From Paraspadella gotoi (lineage: Eukaryota > Animalia > Chaetognatha), in contig CM119268.1 in assembly GCA_051294375.1 (NCBI GenBank), positions 19,536,625-19,600,624 on the forward strand: 64,000 nucleotides of DNA, written 5' to 3'. A model generated the notes under the pieces. It did not search any database. It saw nothing but the letters and a program-made list of their open reading frames with translations, and was not told where the DNA came from. Shown in pieces: positions 61,940 through 64,000 of the stretch (positions are counted from its first letter, which is position 1; each line of letters begins with the position of its first letter). The position numbers were made by a program, and so were the translations under genes.

Positions 61940-63085
61940 AAAAAATCTGTTTTCACTAATTTCTTATTGATGTTTTTTCTTTTTATATTAAATGTAAATG
62001 CAAGATGTATTAATAATAAAATAATTTCATCGGTTTATTAATCATTAGTAATATTAATCAATCGTCAATGTAACAATCAAATTAATAATCACTTAATTAA
62101 CTATCAATCAATCATTCAATTTATACAATTAATTAATTATTCAATCATATCAAACCAATCAATCAAGGTCAATCAATTAATCGTTTTGGAGGTCGTTTGT
62201 CTCGTCATATCTTCGTGTTTGCTTTTGTCTTTGGTCCAGTGACCAAAAAGACCATAAACCAACATGTTTGAGCAAAACCAATGTCGGATTCAAATTAATT
62301 AATTAACTAATTAATTAATTACCGCTAATGATCAGCAGATCCCGACTCTATAATAAGCCGGAACAGGTTTGAAAACTACTAAGTTCTCTCAAATAAAATA
62401 ATGGTTAAGTGATTGTTAGAGAATATGAAAATGAAAATAATTTTTAAAATTTGCTTGTTTGATAAGCGGCATGGGATCCAATTTAATAGATTCTGATAGA
62501 GCTTAAAAGTTCAGATAAAGGTTTATTAATATAACTTTTAAAATTTTTTTGTTTTATTAATGGAAAAATATAAAAAACTATAAAAATTTAGCCGATTGAT
62601 TGATGATGATTGTTGTAAGGTTTTTAGTCGGATCTGCCATATCGCGATTCCGACTTTATAATTCACTTTGTCGATCGTCTGTCCACACCCCAATCTTGTC
62701 GGTCATTTCACTAGATCATCTCAGAACCTCAAATTCATGATAAATTATGCAAAAAAGTTGGTGTCCGTTCGTCAGTCCGTCCCACCTTAACAAAAAACAA
62801 ACCAATTACTCGTGATTGGATGGTTTTATTGGAATGAATTTTGTGTGGGATGAAAGTGTGTGATGAGTAGTATATACAAGCATTTGTCTTGAATCGTGCG
62901 AGGGAAAATGAGTTTAAATGGAAAAAAACAAAGTCATATTTACTTGAATATTCTTTACTTTATATTTACTTATAAGTTATTATATTTTTTTAAAATTGGA
63001 TAGATAAATTTAATTTAAATTGGTGTTGTGGGTAAGGAAAGTATGCATGGTAGCTGGCAAATAATTTTTTGATGGAATCGTAGGA
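61940..63085. mobile_element. Cluster of degenerate HINE-like fragments
   Basis: 3'-end motif near 62262-62290, CAGCAGATCCCGACTCTATAAT at about 62333, and a plus-strand 5' end TTTTTAGTCGGATCTGC at 62620 continuing through conserved blocks to about 63085. Confidence 0.65.
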
Positions 63086-64000
63086 TCAAACTCTTTTCTA
63101 TTCTTTTCCTGTACTGAAAGATTTTTTGACCTGCCGTCTCCAGTCATTTTTCCCTGTCATTTAGTTGTCTCGCTGTGCGATACTTGGCGTTCGTGAAGTA
63201 AACAGCTGTCTGTTGCTTAGAAACGTTGCGTATGTGTTTAGGAAAATTCAGTACTGTATTGGAACGCCAGGGATCGCCCACTGCTCACAGAAGAACAATC
63301 GATTTTCTACCACTTCCCCGGCGATGACGCTCACTAGTATGAGATTTATAAATGTTGTGGGAATTAATCTTTGAAAAATTTTGATTAAAATAAAATTAAA
63401 ATTGTTTAAAGGTTTTTAAATACACATCAAATTGGCATACATCATTCAAGTACGTTATCAACTCGGCGTTTGGAGAATATATTTTCAGCTGAGGCTAACT
63501 AATGACAGAACTAATTAAGACCCAGTTCTTTCACTTAATAGTAGCTTTCTTTTAGCCTTTCTTTTAGCCAAAAAACGCTTGTCACTTGTCATTCAATCAT
63601 AATCGTTTATCTTGGAAAAGATTGGCTGTATGGAACCGTAGTTTTTTATGGAATCCAAGGTATTTTCTACTTGAAATTTATATACTGAAGAGAAGTTAAG
63701 AAACTGACTACTGAACGTCACTAGCAAGTTTTTTTTTGCAATATCCAAACTGAATAAATGATAGAAAGAATTGACTACCATGCTCTGAACATTAATATTT
63801 TTTTATTCAGATTTGGCAAAAAATGGTCGTGGCAAGCAGTGCAAAAAGATTGGTCCCCTATAAAGTAAAAACCAGGCTGGAGTTGTTGTTGAAATGTGAT
63901 GGATTGCATTGTCTTTCATTTCAACAAAATCTTTATTTTTTTTTTGGAGTTAGTTTGTTTATTTGGTTCTGATAATAATCCAGAGGTAAATAAAAATGAT

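Overview
AT-rich, repeat-saturated eukaryotic (probably invertebrate animal) draft-assembly sequence with several N gaps and no intact host gene that I can support. Nearly all listed ORFs are low-complexity read-throughs of (GA)n, (GAAA)n or satellite DNA. About half the window is two large gap-centred palindromes (about 5448-26802 and 35738-43879) whose left arms look like noisy uncorrected long-read copies, so they are most likely assembly artefacts. Real content: (1) a degenerate Ty3/Gypsy gag-pol with a CHCC zinc knuckle (CsRn1-like), without LTRs of its own, nested inside a ~420-bp TG...CA element that carries a tRNA-like segment; (2) many copies of a DINE-1/HINE-like non-autonomous Helentron; (3) a tRNA-derived SINE-like family; (4) an LTR-like segment followed by a 43-nt antisense copy of mature tRNA-Leu including CCA; (5) minimal hammerhead-ribozyme motifs (GAAACATGTC), two in fold-back hairpins; (6) several satellites, one arranged as two inverted arrays. 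All alignments were done by eye and boundaries are approximate. I see no clear new protein-based system; the best leads are the non-coding retro-element signals.
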